DNA of 57,018 nt, filler included, from Jimgerdemannia flammicorona (Eukaryota): NCBI GenBank assembly GCA_003990765.1. It is 3 parts of 3 records of this genome, joined end to end, with 100 filler letters (N's around TTAATTAATTAA, not from the genome) between each part and the next. Parts side by side here need not be neighbours in the genome. Positions count along the whole stretch, not along the records: positions 38,084 to 57,018 come from RBNJ01002070.1; 2 more parts are not named here. One strand, given 5' to 3'. The stretch's first letter is position 1. The number at the start of each line of letters is the position of its first letter. The notes beneath the pieces were generated by a model that was given only the letters and a program-made list of their open reading frames with translations, ran no database searches and was not told where the DNA came from. Shown here one piece after another: positions 38,084 to 52,600 of this stretch. The translations under genes were made by a program, and so were the position numbers.

Positions 38084-39699
38084 CCTCACCACTTACTCTT
38101 GATGAAAGACTACTTTGTTATTTATTATTACCACTCACCTACCACTTTGTTCACAAATCTCTTCCACCAGATAGCACTGTCACCCACCCTGGTGGTCCCA
38201 TCCAACCCACCACCCAGTCAGCAAATCTCCCATCAACCACTCCCATCTGGGGGGTACTCCACTTGCTGCTTTTGATATTGGAGATGGAGTGGAGTGTCAG
38301 TAGGGTCTTGGCCAGGATCTTTGGCCGAGTGGCTGGCAGGCAGTCAGGATTGGCGAGGAGTGGGACTGGGCAGGTATCTGGTCTTAGAGTGCTAAGATAT
38401 GGCAGTGGCTTCCCCCCAAGTTCTGGGTGGTGTGGTGGCGAATGCTGTGGTGGAATATCATGCTGAATTTCCACACTGGGTATCTGGTGGATGGTGGCTG
38501 TTTCAATTGTGAGGAGTGTTGCAATGTAGGGCAAGCTGAGGGTTTGGTGCAGACACCAGAACATTGGCTGGGAGAGTGTGAGGTTTTGGGGGACTTTTGG
38601 GTTGCAATAGGAGATAGGCTGGGTGTGGGGTGCAGGCTGGTGGGTGAGGGGGATTGCTGGGAGGACTTGAGGTCTTGACTAGTGGGGGGGGTGGGGGATA
38701 GTTGGCTCATCAACCACTCCCATCTTAACAACTTCTCTTGTGTACCCAACTATTGCTCCTCAAAAACATAGAGTCAATGTCTAGCTAGCCCTACTCATAC
38801 AGCTAGAATCCACCCTACAGTAAGCCATCCATTGCTTATACCACCTACTAACTGAGATTTCAAGTCCTCCCAGCGACCTCTCTCTCCATCCGGCCTTCTC
38901 TCCACACCCAACTATATTCCTACTGATATCCAAAAGTCCCCCAGAACCTCACACTCTCTCAGTCAATGTTCTGGCATCTGCATAAAACCCCCAACTTGCC
39001 CTATATTATAACACTCCTCACAGTCTAACTGGCCACATCCACCAGATACCCAGCATGGAAATTCAACATTATATTCCTCTGCAGTATCTGCCACCATACT
39101 ATCCAGTACTTTGGAGGAAGCCATCTCCTCACCTCTGCACTCTATGACCAGACTCCTGCCTAGTCCCACTCCTTATCAATCCTCACTACCTACCAACTAC
39201 TTGGCCAAATATTCTGACTAAGACCTTGCTGACACTCTACTTCATCACTAATATCAAAATCAGCGAGCAGAATGCCCCCCAGAAGCAGCCTGTCCCATCT
39301 CTACATAGCTGGTCTCCACAGCATCTTCCCCTCATTGCTCCTCCAATGCAGGCCAATGTGGTGCACTCCATCCACCACCCCTACCAGAAGCCCTTATACT
39401 ACAGTCATTGGCTGCCATCCAGGCCCACCAGGGATAGCAAATCTCCTAATGACCTCCAAGGGGAGAATCTCATCTCTCACACCTTCTGCACAGCAGCACC
39501 CAACCCCCCCCCTTGTAGTTCAGTAGCCCTTTTCAGCCACCACACTTGCAGACAGTGCAGCCTCTTAGGAAAAGTCCACAAGGCCTAGACCTCTCCTAGT
39601 TGCTGGTGTTGCAAGAGTATCCCAACTGATCTGGGACCTCCTCTCTGCCCTAATCAAATCTCTAGCCAGCTTTGTCAGTCTCTTCACCACCCAAGCTAA
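38084..39699 (-). mobile_element. Rearranged fragments of LINE ORF2 3' part (minus strand, with an internal plus-strand inverted segment at ~38260-38705)
   Basis: Similar to 200-1150 (e.g. 'RSQISWDTLATPATRRGLGLVDF'). 38260-38705 is reverse-complementary to ~38820-39270. Confidence 0.7.
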
Positions 39700-42600
39700 T
39701 GGTTTTATATGTAACTGTGAATTTATATATCTAAGACTTATGTGTGAGACATTGTGTAAAACTAGAAGTAAATATAGAAATAAAAGAGTGTCTTGGTTCC
39801 AATAGAGTTCTCTTAGCAATTTTGAAAGCTTGACAGTTTGCCTTCTTACTTTCAATCTCTGAAATATTTTTTTTTAACTATAAACTATGAACAACTTCAA
39901 TAGCAATAGCAATAGACCACCTCAGCTAAATGGGCCAAGTTTATTTGATAGATTACAGAATTGGTCATGGTCCACCTCTGCTCTACTCCACCAGATCCAG
40001 CTATCACAATTAAATATAAACAACAGTGGGTCATCAATTCTCTCTTCCTCTGATGGACTAGATGCACTAAGAGCTTGGCACCTGAACCTGATAGATAACT
40101 TAATGGTATGGATGACAATACCATCATTGATAATGATGACAGTAATGAGGAATTCCTCACCACTATGAGAACAAGGTCCATTAGCCATTTTACCTTCTTG
40201 CCCACCTTCACTAATATCATTCCTACTGAATACATCCATATATATCTCACTCCCTCCAGCCTCAGAAAGCTCATTCACCACAACCTGGAGTCTAAGAGTA
40301 GTGTCTTTCAAACTTTTTCCATCATTAAGGTAATCCTCAATGATTTTCTCAAAGCCACTTGATATACTGACTGCATCCTTACCAGCTCATAATATACAAT
40401 CTACAATATGCTCTGTCCCATTACCATTCTCCTCTATGCCCTTAAACTATAAAGTAATGATGCTGATATTCACCAAGGCTTGGTCCATGAAGCTATTATT
40501 GCCCCTATAGTAGAAAAACTACAAGATTCCCTCTGGAACAGATTCCATAAAGCTGAATACATCTATACTTATCAATATATCAATCTTACCAAGGCTGCCA
40601 GATAGTCCCTCACTCTCATCTCCATATGCTATATAGTCATCTCTAGTTCTGAGTATGATGGTGACCTTTTCAGCACTAATTTCATTCACCATTTTCATGA
40701 CAATGCCAAACACCAGAAGTATGACCTCCAGTAAGTCCTCTATCTCTTGGAATAACTCCTCCTCTACCTCTATCAAATTCATCTCTGAGAGCCAGGGCTG
40801 GAGAAATAGATCTTAGGGTGATCAATGCCCTGACTTCTACCACTCTCAACAATCCTCTCAAAACTATACTCCAAGTTAATAATATGGCTTCTAAAGCAGG
40901 ACCCCAGGGCCAGACATGTTGATAACTGCCACCAACTCCTGAAGGATTGCTCTCTATATTACTCACTGGTATCAAAGGTGTCCAACATCTCCAAGATGGG
41001 TGTCTGACTGACTCAAATCCCCAAATTGGTTTGGTAGGCACTGGGTGTAAACTACTGAGTAACATAGCCCATGATAAGATATATGTTGACTGGACATATC
41101 TCCCGACTCTACTATGCATCTAGTTCTACTTCTCATATGAAAAAGACATGACTGTCATAGAGAAGGCTCTGGTAGATACCACCATCTAGGACTTCTATGA
41201 CAAAGAGGCCATCTATGAGGCCCATCTCAGAGAAGAGCTCTTCTTTTCCAGCATCTTTACTATCCCCCAGATCAATAAGAATCAGGTCTACCTTGATATA
41301 CATTTGCTGAATAAGTTCATACAGTTATTGTTCTTCAAGATAGAAGATATTCAAATGCTCTACCACATGGTATATCTGGGGAAATTTCTCATCAAGATAG
41401 ACATCAAGGATACCTACCTCTATATCTCTCTCTACCCTATCAACCAACAATTTCTGACCTTTCAATAGTGACAAATCAACTGGAAATTCTGGGCCATACC
41501 ATTTGACCTATCCTCAGCCTCTTGGATTTGAATAAAGATGATGACTATCATTCTGGAACCACTATGATGATGCAGCATTCACCTCACCTACTACATCAAT
41601 GATATCTACCTCCTGGCCTCCAGCACTGATGAAGCTATTCACCATAGCCAGTTGGTTCATAACCACCTGGAAACCCTGGAGTTCCTCCTCTATCTAACAA
41701 AAGGCACATGGGACTTCAAGCAAGTTCAGACATTTCTTGTAGATACTAATACCATAGAGCTATACCTACTCATGGGCAAGATATATAAGATCTACAAGAA
41801 GATAACCTCCCTCTTTCATCTGGTCTCCAAATTCAATATCCTGATCTGCAAGGTAGTCTCTCTAGTTGACCTATACAACTCTATGACCCAGGTGATTTTT
41901 TCTACTTGCTTCTATATCTGGGCACTTATCTATAATATACAAGCTGTTCTCTATCATTCAGATTGAAATAGATGGATGACATTCTCTCTGATATCATTGG
42001 CTGACCTCTGCTGGTTGTCTTATGAACTGCTGGGATAGAATGACCATTCTCTCCTCACTGAGATTCCCAAGATCACAGTGGATATAGATACTAGCAATAT
42101 GGGATGGGGTTTTAAGATCATCTCCTCTACTACCAACATCAGTCATATAGCATAGCAAGTAGCTGGCACCTGGACATCCTTGGAATGCTGCCTGTTTATC
42201 AACTATCATGAGCTGATGCCAGTCTGCTTTGCCCTACAGATCAACTTACACCACTGGCAGAACCACATAGTCCTGGTCTAAATAGACAATATGATTATAT
42301 AGGTGTTTATCAACAAATAAGAGAGATTTCTCCAGAATCTTTATACCATTATGGTATGCATTCACCTGATCTACATAATGTACTGCATTTATAGAATATC
42401 TTCCAGATTTAGAGACCATCTGAGCAGACTTTCTGAGCTACCTGTATCCTGACCCTGATGACTGGAAGCTATACCCGGTCATCTTCTGGCATCTATACCA
42501 CCTGTGGGACCCAATCCAGCTTGACCTATTTGCCTTCCAAACAACCATACAGACCCCATTCTTTTACAGCTGGTGGGCCAATCCAAGGCTTTGGGGATGG

Positions 42601-44227
42601 ATACTTTTTAATATCATTGATCTCCAACTGGGACATATGCAAACCCTCCTTAGATTCTGATCAATTGCACCCTATACAAGGTGAAGGAGGATCAATGTTA
42701 TCACCTCATCCTCATTACCCCCTTCTGACCACAACAGAGCTGGTGACCTGAACTCCTGGAGATAGTGATAGTCCCCCCAATTTTTCTTCCATATTAGACT
42801 CTGACAGCATCATTGAGAAGCCCTCACTTCATTGATCAGTAGCACTCCCCAGATACAGTAACACTGGCAGAACCAACTTGCAATCTTATCTGAGCCAGTA
42901 TCTGGATCTCTTCCTGTAAGAATTATGAGTTTGCCTACTAATACTATATCTATTAGTGTCATCAATAATATATCAATCCCCTTCATACTTCTACCAGACA
43001 GCAGATAAATTGTCTCACCCACCTCTTTCATGAGGGCATAAGTACCTACCAACTCTGAGGCATCCACACCACTATTGGCTGATGGACCCCTGCCATCAAT
43101 GGCATCCAATTCTCCAAACTCCCCATGATCTCTCACCTCATCTAGGGGGTGGGCAACTTATGCCCCCCTATACCTAAGGATAAAGGCCAATGGTGACCTC
43201 TTTAGGCTCCTTTGCTCTATTAAGCAACAGATCCTATATGGCAAGAAAACTCTTACCCTTCTGGCACTTTGCACATCATAGTATATCATAAGTGATTTTG
43301 CCCAATGTTGGGCAATGATGAATTTCCAGAGTGGTCAAGTGGACTGGCCTACTGAAATGGTTCTCACAGCAGACATAACTAAGAAATACATGCCTGACTC
43401 TCTCTACAAGACCTTCTGCTCTATCTCTATACATCTGGAGGACAAGAACATATATTCAGTGTACTGGCTTTATCACTAGATGTATGAGATAGAACCCCTA
43501 TGACCACCACATAGCAAAGACTGTCTCTTCATCAGTATATACTCTCTCTATCACAACCTAACTATTGACTGCCTCCACAATAGTTCTCAAAATACATGCT
43601 GACTACTGGCATTGATCCCATCTGCTGCCCTCATTTTGTTTGGGTGGAATTCTTTACTGAGATATTTGAAGGGGGAACTCCCAATGATGAAGTTCTGAAG
43701 AGTGGAAATTAGAGCTCAAAGACTACTTTTGAATATCACTACTATCTATCTCATGGGTCACTAATTCTTTTTAAGATCTCTCAGGTAAAGTCTTTAGTAT
43801 ATATAGTCCTCCAGTATAAGGCCACTATACTGACCCAGTACTCCACTTATCTCTAATCTATGAACAACTAACTCTGAAATGATCCAGAATCAAGCAAAGC
43901 TTCGTTCTGAATAGATAAGGCACCATAGGCACTGAAGTCTATCTCAGTTGTTGTGAGCTTAGAGAGAACCATGAAGAGTTGATTTCCCACCCATCTCTAC
44001 TCTTTTCATTTCCTTTCTTATGGGTTTTTCTTACTTCCTTCCCTAGTGGTCTCAGCCACTGGGTCTTTTTTCCTTACTTCTAATTCAGGCTCACTGCTAA
44101 TCTTTCTGAGCTAAGAGAACTCTGTGAGAGTCAGGACACTCTTTTATTACTATGTTTTACTTCTAGTTTTATACAATATCTCACAAATAAGTCTTAAAAA
44201 ATGAATTTGCAGTTGTATGTAAAACCA
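39700..44227 (+). mobile_element. DIRS1-like tyrosine-recombinase retrotransposon, near full-length, inactivated
   Basis: ITRs 39700-39817 / 44110-44227. RT 'KIDIKDTYL...AIPFDLSSA...YYINDIYLLA' (~41390-41620); RNase H 'DTSNMGWG...INYHEL...DN'; MTase-like 'LDLFA...YANPP*' (~42520-42650); YR C-terminus 'VLKSGN*SSKTTFEYHYY' (~43690-43745). Confidence 0.88.
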
Positions 44228-44329
44228 ATATGTCTAAGACAAAATAAAGCATACTAATGCTTTCAGGATAGCATAACCAACTCTCCACAGTCCTCTCGAA
44301 GCTCATAAAGTCTGGGGCAGACTTCAGCG

Positions 44330-45200
44330 ACTATGGTGCCTTGTCCATCCAGAACTACTATTGTTTTGATGATTGTATAAAAAATATAGTCAAACAAACC
44401 ACCCCAACAATAAGCTCTGCAATATCAGTATTTAATCTTTTGATTAATCAACTAGAGGATAAGCTCAAGAATAGACTAAAAGGTGGTAATGATTTTCAGT
44501 TTAACCAGGATCAGAGAGATACTGTGGAGGTTACTCTAAGTAAGCTGAAAATACTACTCCAAAACAGATGCCACCATATACTCAATTAGAATAGATATAT
44601 CAGTATAGTAGTTGCCTCTTCCAAAAAAAGAAAAACTCCTATAAAACTTACTCTCTTTCTCAAAACAGTATTGGATCTATACTTAAAACTACAATACCAC
44701 AAATATCAGAGCTGGAAGTAGTACTATATTGAGGAAACCAAGTAAGCCATAATCTAAAAATACTAGAAAAACTATATACTACTGCAAGGTTCTGGCCAAA
44801 GTCTAGATAAATATGTTGAAGGATCTCTTCTGTTACCTATTTAGTTCAGCAGAAAGAGAAAGTGGGACTCTTTAGTTAAAGAACTGCTATGAATAGATAA
44901 ACTTACTATTTATCTTATCAGTAATCATGTGATCCTATTAGAGGATATAGAGGTGCTTAACTGGTAGAAGGTGCATTGTCTTCTCACCACTATTCTACCC
45001 CCTAGGGTATGTAGTCACTGATGCATAAAACAGACTTTCTCAGCTTATGTAGTATATATTAAGACTGCTTGGTCATTCCTATCACCAGTGCTTCAGTCAA
45101 GCAGATGTTCTCTAGTAGAGTAGATCTCATTTCCCCTAAGAGGTATATGCTGAATACTGAGGCAATCTGGGCTTGTATATATCTAAAGTCTTAGTGGGGT
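44330..45200 (+). pseudogene. hAT transposase C-terminal remnant (dimerization domain)
   Basis: 'PTISSAISVFNLLINQLE', 'VLDLYLKLQY' (cf. LDPRxKL) and 'DCLVIPITSASVKQMFS...AIWACIYLKS*W' (cf. IPATSxxxERxFS...CLKSW). Confidence 0.75.
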
Positions 45201-46659
45201 ATGGACTACTAAAATTGAGCAAGTTCTGTAGAATTAAACTAAAAGTTGGAAATAAATCATTTTTTATATATTATTTAAAAAAAAAAAAAAAAAAAAAAAA
45301 CAGAGTACAGCTCAAAGCATAAGATAGCAGACAAAGGGAGCATACTAGTATTTACAGTCCCTCATCAGCCTAAGTAAAGTGGAGGTCAGTGGGGTTGGCA
45401 GAGAGAGTGTACAAAATTTGTAGCCCTCTGCTAGTAGTAAGGGGCAACTCCAAACTGCAAGTTAGTATAGAAGTCTAGATCAGAGAGAGCATACAGGATT
45501 TGTGGCCCAAAAACCTACTAAGAGAAGTATCTTCAAGTAGTTAAACTCTGATACAGATCAGACTCCAGCACAGATTCAAGCCCCATAGGTATCCTGATCC
45601 TACACTATAGTACCACACCAGCAGCACTATAAAGCAGAGCTAAGAAGCCAGTAGAGCTCAGTAAAAAGCTAAAAATAGTATATAAAAAGAGCCATCTAAC
45701 TGTCTAACCTTCATAAAAGACTTCCTAACCTTTACAAAAGGTCATCTAGTCTCCATAAAAGACTGTCTAATCTTTACAAAACTGCTCCACCTATCAGTCT
45801 CTGGTCTTGATAAGCCTATCATCTGTTGCAAGTATAATGACTATAGTGTTGGAGCTCTCCTCAAAGGCAACAGTACCATAGAGGTCATATGATTGAAATA
45901 GGATAGTTATGTTGGCTACAAATAGGACTCCAAAACCATAGGTAAGATCATACTAGATGCTACTACTATTCTTTCAAGTTGAGCCCTTTTTTTCTAGAAT
46001 ATAAAACATTCCTAGAGTAATATTGTTGTTAGTATATATAGGAGAGAAATGTTGCACCCAATATACCTTGATATATATGATATAGTACATAGTTAGGTGA
46101 ACTCTTATTATACAACCTCATATTGCCCGACAGTACTAGAGAATATATTGTTCAATACTTGGAGAAGTGGAGAGAAAAATGAAAAGAAGAGAGTAATGCT
46201 AACTTATGCACTTTAATAATATTTATATAATAATGTAGTCAGGATCAAGCTATACTACCATATATTGAGTTACTATAAAAGATATTTCAATACTTCTTCT
46301 CAATGAGATATATTCTAGAATATATAGAATATATAAATAAAAGACTAGCTAAAATATAACCAACTATATACTATCTAGTTGATCAGAAAAGTTTGAAATT
46401 TTCTGCTTATAAATATGAAAATAGATCTGGAATATAGTGAAGGATCAGTAATATAGATCCAGAATGAAGAGATATAAGCAATGTTGAGAGAAACATATGT
46501 AAGATATATAGAAATATAGAAATATATATATAAGATATAGTGGAAGGCTTTTAGAAGTCTGAAAAGTCCTATGATCTCTATTGAAATACTTGAATGTGGA
46601 TTATTAGTATATAATTCCTATTGGTGTAGAGTTGTCTATTTCAGAATTGCTTATGAGTT

Positions 46660-47630
46660 TCATTCCTATATATATATGTCAAACTTTGTCTTTAGAAGGA
46701 CTTTAGTCAATAATTCTGTTATCATATACTCTATTAGAGTATATTTCAGGTTTATAATACCATTTTCTATATATTATTATATAAAATGATACTATATAGC
46801 AATGTACTTCATTCTAGCATAATGTATAGAGTTCTTTACCATAGTAAATAGACTGATTATCTTGTTGAAGTGATATAGAGTGCTGTTAATTATATCTCAA
46901 TTCTATTAGCAGTTCTAAGCTATATAGCTTCCTTTATTACCATAGACAACACTTGATACTTACTTGTATAGATGATGTTGGCACTGAGGATTGTTTATGT
47001 ATTTGCTATAAAATTGTTCTATTTTTGCTAATTTTAAAGAGGTATTCAGTTATAGAGCTCTAATTATTAAGATATCTGATCTAGTCTGTATCAAATATAC
47101 TAGATAACCTTATAATGCTCCTGTTTAATCCATCATTTTAACTTAAGCATAGCATATAGTATGCTGTACCTTTTGTATCTGAAGATATACTTAATTGCTA
47201 TCTAATGCAAATTGTCAGTACTGTATCACTTTATTGACTACATATGATATTAGGCCACACCTCAAGCATAAGATATATATATGAGGGATACTACAGCTTA
47301 TTAATAGGGAATATCATTGTCTTTAGGCATAATGTTGGACTTCTTTAGTCTTACAGATATCTTTATAGATATTTCAATAGTTTTGTATTTATTTATACTG
47401 AATTATTCAAGTATGGTCTAATAATATATAGTACAGTACACTTATATCCATCATATATAATTGATATTCCAAGAAGATAGGATACATTATCCATATCCAT
47501 CATCTTGAATTCCTAGTGTAATATCACTTTTATAATATTAATTTCACTTGCTGTTCCAATTAGAATAATATTATTGACTTAAATTCTTAGGTATATCATT
47601 TCTGAGGATATATATCAGATGTATATATAT
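46660..47630 (-). mobile_element. Ty1/copia RT-RNase H remnant, strongly decayed
   Basis: Minus strand: 'IYLRI*VNNIILIG' (YVDD), 'EFKMMDMDNVSYLLGI', 'IPY**AVVSL', 'H*IAIKYIFRY', 'HYARMKYIAI*YHFI' (HxRTKHIDIRYHFI). Confidence 0.75.
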
Positions 47631-47740
47631 TTCATACTTCCAAATAAATCAAATTAATTTGAATCAAATCAAATTGAGTTTGAATCAAATTGCTGTCTGA
47701 TTCAAAATGTTCAAATGAAATTGAGGTCCAATTTGATTTG

Positions 47741-47888
47741 AAATTTGAAATATAATAACTCAATGAAAAATATGTCCAAATTTAATAAATGTTAGCATAT
47801 TGAATTTGCCTTAATAAGGCAAATTAAGTACATTAAAGATTATTAAATTTGGACATGTTTTCATCAAGTTATTGAATTTCAAAAATTT
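47741..47888. repeat. ~148-bp imperfect palindrome centred at 47814
   Basis: Core AATTTGCCTTA-A-TAAGGCAAATT; outer arms TGTCCAAATTTAATAA / TTATTAAATTTGGACA. Confidence 0.8.
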
Positions 47889-49684
47889 GAGAGTTATGAA
47901 TTATTAAAATTTAAAGTTTGTGGCCTAATAGATCAATCTTTTATTTGTTTTTCAAATATATAGCAATATAATATATTCACTACTCATGACACTTGCCTGA
48001 TACATTCTACTCATCTGATACTTAACATCTAGTAGTATGTCTGGCTGCAGTAATAGCCAATTAATAGAAATTATCATAAGGTCTTTTTCTCAAAAGTAGA
48101 TCAGGAGTAATGGGTTTAACTTTTGGCAAATTTTAGAGAGAGTATCACAAGTCTTTCTATTTCATCTGCAATTATTACAATTAGTTCAAGAATGTTAGAG
48201 TAATTAGGATAACTAGAGCTAGAGGGGCTGGGGTAATGACCAGGGCTAGAGTGATGACTGGGGCTAGAGGGGTAACTGAGACAGCTGGGAGGATTAAGAT
48301 AATAGCTAAGATGAATTGTTTGATTGCTTTATCAATCATTTTCTTTTTCTTTTTATATTTATCTTAAGTAACATCAATTCTATCAGTTGTTATCCAAATA
48401 AATATCTTACCAATTGTATCATTCATATCTTTGAAATTATTTGAGAGATAGTTGAGATAAGCTTGAATATATATTTTTTTCTATTTTTATTAGGTGTTTT
48501 TATTAGTTTTTTTTTTTATTAAAGATGTCAGCTTAAATAGCTTATTTATATATTTTTAATACCTGGCCATGAAGTGAACCTTGAGAGTTTCATAAGCCAT
48601 AGTGACACAATTAGAGCTTCAAATATAGCTAAGAGCCATAGTGATATAATTAATGAGTAAGCCCCAAGAGTTTCAAATATGGCACCAAGAGCTAGAAGAT
48701 AGTACTAAGAGCTACAGTAATATAATTAATGAGCTAGCCCCAAGAGCTTTAAATATGGTAATATGTGTATTAGAAATTATATTCAAATATTATAATATAT
48801 AGATATATTTATTTAGTAGTTCAAGATTAAACTATATTTCAAGATTTGAGATCAGCCAGCTCATTACAATATCTTTAAACATATATATTTATAAATTGTT
48901 TCAGAGTTTAAAGTACCTCTTTTAGGCACTATGAGATTTTTATCTCTTGAAAAAACTTTTTCTATAGGTGCATTTGTTACTGAGATAGTTAAATAGTTAT
49001 TTACTATTTTTGCTAGATTTGGGTAATCTCTACTATGGCCCTAATATTCCTAATAAATTAAATCAAATTAATAATATTTCAAATTGGATCTATAATATTT
49101 CAAATTAAACCAACTCACTTACCACCAAGACAATGTATCAACTCCTGATTGAAATTTAACAGTTTTACTTTTCAAATAATTATCTAACTCCTCCTCAGGA
49201 TTTGTCATCAGTATTTGTCTTTTATTGTTAAATATATATTCAGATAGCTCAGCAACATCATTGACATCAACATCATCTCCTATTTCAGTATAATCTTCAG
49301 AACTTGTATAATAAACTAATGGAAGGGTATAGTTTTATTATAGACTATATGAACAGTTATTTCAGCCACTTCAATCCTAATGGTTTTCTAATTGTAGTTT
49401 GAATAATATTATAGTTTTAGTCTGAAATCATAACCTAGATTTTATTCAAAAAATAAAATAAAATTTGAAATAGATTCATAGTTCAAAATTTCGAAAATGT
49501 CTTTAGCAATAAGTGAATTTTGAAATATTTACTTATTAATACTAATATAATAAACCAGATAATCTGTTATTGAATAGTATTTTTTCAACTTATCAATAGC
49601 TACTGTTATTGTCTATTAAATGAGAGTATTTGGCTCTCCAGTTTCTTCTGGTTCTACTGTATAATTTCAAAATACTTTGCTATC

Positions 49685-52600
49685 TTTCTCCACTACTACT
49701 CACATAACACAAACTTTGAAATATACTTTTGAGCGATTTATTGGAGAAAGATACTAAGGTTATGGCAACGAATATGCAAGCAGACACACATACTAGGTCA
49801 GGTGGACCTGAGGCCTTCAACTGGCAACATGTCGGTGAGAGTATGAGCTTGGGATGGAGTCTTTTGGTTGTCTGAGTGGGCAGGGCAGCTTGGGCAGTAG
49901 AAGCAGCACTGGTGGTGGGGCCAGAGGGCAGAAGAGGTGGAGTTTGTGGACATGCTGAGGGCTGGAGGTTGGCTGGTGGAAGCTTGTGGTGGGCAGGCAG
50001 GAGGGAAGAAGAAGCAGAAAGAAGAGAAAGTTGGGGGTACTGGGCCTCAGCCAGTGAGAGGCAGAGTGGTGGAGTAGCTGCTGGGAGTAGAGACAGGACT
50101 ACTGATAGCAGTGTGATGGAGAATCTGGAAAAAAATCCAGATATGACTATTGATGATATGGCTGGACAGATGGGCCCAAAGAGAAAGGGGGACCTGTCCA
50201 ATGGTGTGATAGGGCTGGCAGTGGCTCCATTACTCAAGAAGTTGATCTCAGAGTTTGTTGTGATCTTGTGTTTCTGGGGCTTAGCAGTAATAGCAAGGAT
50301 AGTTCTGGGGCTTATCTCAGAGCAGGTGGCTAGAGTGACTTCAGTGAAGTTTCTGAAGAAATTGGAGGGGGTGGAGGTGGGTTTCAAGAAGGCAGGCCCA
50401 TTGGAGGAGGCTTTGAAGTCTGGAGTGATACATAGCAGAGAAGATGGTGGTCCCTATGGTATAGTGTTTGAGGTGGGACCCCAAGGTGGTGCAGTTACTA
50501 TTGAAGGGGGTACTTATGGTGATGAAGGTTGAGACTAAGTGGAGGGTAGAGGAGGTGATAGTGGAGTATAGCAATGTAGTCAATATTGGTTTCCAGATGT
50601 GAGAGGGGACTATCTTCAGGATGGGTGACATCAGACTGGCTGAGAGGGAAGCCACTGAGAAGATAGTGATGGGCCTTTAGTGATAATGTGGGAGACTTTT
50701 ATCTATAAGGTGTCAAGGGTACAAGGGAGTGAAGAGGAGGAGGAGGACTTGTTGGAGGCTGTCGAGCAGAGGGTGAAGGCCTGGAAGTTGTATATAGAGT
50801 CAATGTATCTGGAGATTGTTGGTGGGAAATATATTTACACTGACAAGAGGTAGTGGGAGAGAGCTCAGGGGTGCAGGAGGCAGAGGGAGATACTGGCAAG
50901 TATAGAAGGAGGAATGAAAATGAAGGCTGGGGGTAATGAGAAGTCTGAGGGCATAGAGGTAAGTGTCTGGACTAGTAAGAGAGGAGGAGATATGGAGAAG
51001 TGCCTGGATGGGGCTGGAAAGGCACTGTGCAAGGACTCATTTGCTGATGGTACATTTGAAGTCTGGGAACTAGTCTTAGATAACACTCCCTCTCAGTCAG
51101 GTGCGGTCCAGTGGCAAGGGGTCAGGTGGCAGAGGATGAGCTGATGTGGGGTGCTCAGTAAATACACTTTGGGGTTCCTGATGCAACAAAAGGAGGACAG
51201 GTGGTGGTAGTTGGTGAGGATGAGCTGGTGGATGTCCCAGAGGAGGGGTGGGATGAAACTACAAGTGTAGGGGCAGATACCACAATGCTGGATATGGGAA
51301 GGCCAGGGACATCTGGAGGGAAAGAGGTGGAGAACCTGCTGTGGATGAGCAAGATAATGGATAACTTTGCAGCTGAGGAGTTGGGGGAAGTGGATCTGTG
51401 AGTGATGAGTGAGGAGTATTGGGTACAGATTTTATATAGAGATAGTGTGGTAGAGGCACTGAAGGCAGAGGTACTTGCAATTTTTCTGGAGAAGAAGAGA
51501 GATGAGATTGATAAGAAGAGGGAGGCTGAGCTGATAGTCATTGCTGGTGAGCAAGCTGCCTACTGTTGGGCAGAGCATCATGGTTTGTAACTCTGGCAAG
51601 AGACATACCTGGAGTATCATAAGGACTTCAAGGAAAAGGAGGATGGGGAGATGGTTGAACTTCTGATCAGATTGGAGGCAAAGGTGGCTGAAGAAGGAAC
51701 TGGCTGCTGAACATGACTTAGACTTGGCTCAGGAGGAGTTGAATGCAGATTTGTAGAGGATGGGATTGATAATTAACATTTTTTCTTATAAATAGTACAA
51801 CTAACATTTTCCCTCTAAATGTGAATGGATTAAGGGGATCTGAGTGACAAACATTTTTACTTGTCTTAAGGGATTGGAGGCTGATCTCTTTTTACTGTAG
51901 GATGTATGATGTGAGAATGAGAAGAATCAGATAGAGAGGACTAGAGAATGGGGAGGAGCTACTGCTTAGATTGACAAAATGGCAATTCTGGTGAGGAGGG
52001 ATAGAGGAGAATTGGGTGAAATCAGGAGCTGGGGTGACTGTTTAGTCTGGGGCGAATGGCATCAGCCTGGGTAGGAACCTGTGAGAGTAGGCTCTTGCTG
52101 GATAGAACTGATGGTGGGAGGAGTATGGGTGGAAGGAGTGGTGGTCTGGATGCTTGGGAGGAGGTGGAGAACTTTTGCTCCTTAGGGGATATGGTCAGAT
52201 CATGGTGGGGAGAAAAGTGGGTCTACACATACTGGGTAAATGGACTGGATATGAGGATTGACTGGATTCTAACAGCTGAATACTGGGGTGTAGATGTCTG
52301 GAAGACTCTGGAGATGGAGTGGTGCCCACAGTCTGATCATTGGGAACTATTGGGGCAGGGACAGTTTGGGGGGAGTGGAGATGGACCCAGACATTAGTGC
52401 CTTAACTCCTCTCTGCTAGCTGAGAAAGTATTGTGAGACTCATGAGTGGAGGACATCTAAGTGAAGATTGCTAGCTAGATACATGAGAGTTCATCAGTGG
52501 GTTTCTGGTGGATGAAGTTGAAAGAGACTGCAAGGATTTACTGGGGAGGAGTGGGTAGGGATGCTGGGAGGCAGAGAAGGAAAAGAGTAAGGAGTGCTTC

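Noticed and set aside
45300..46600. Decayed LTR-like / short direct-repeat sequence
   Set aside because: Probably TE-derived, but no boundaries or motifs could be supported.
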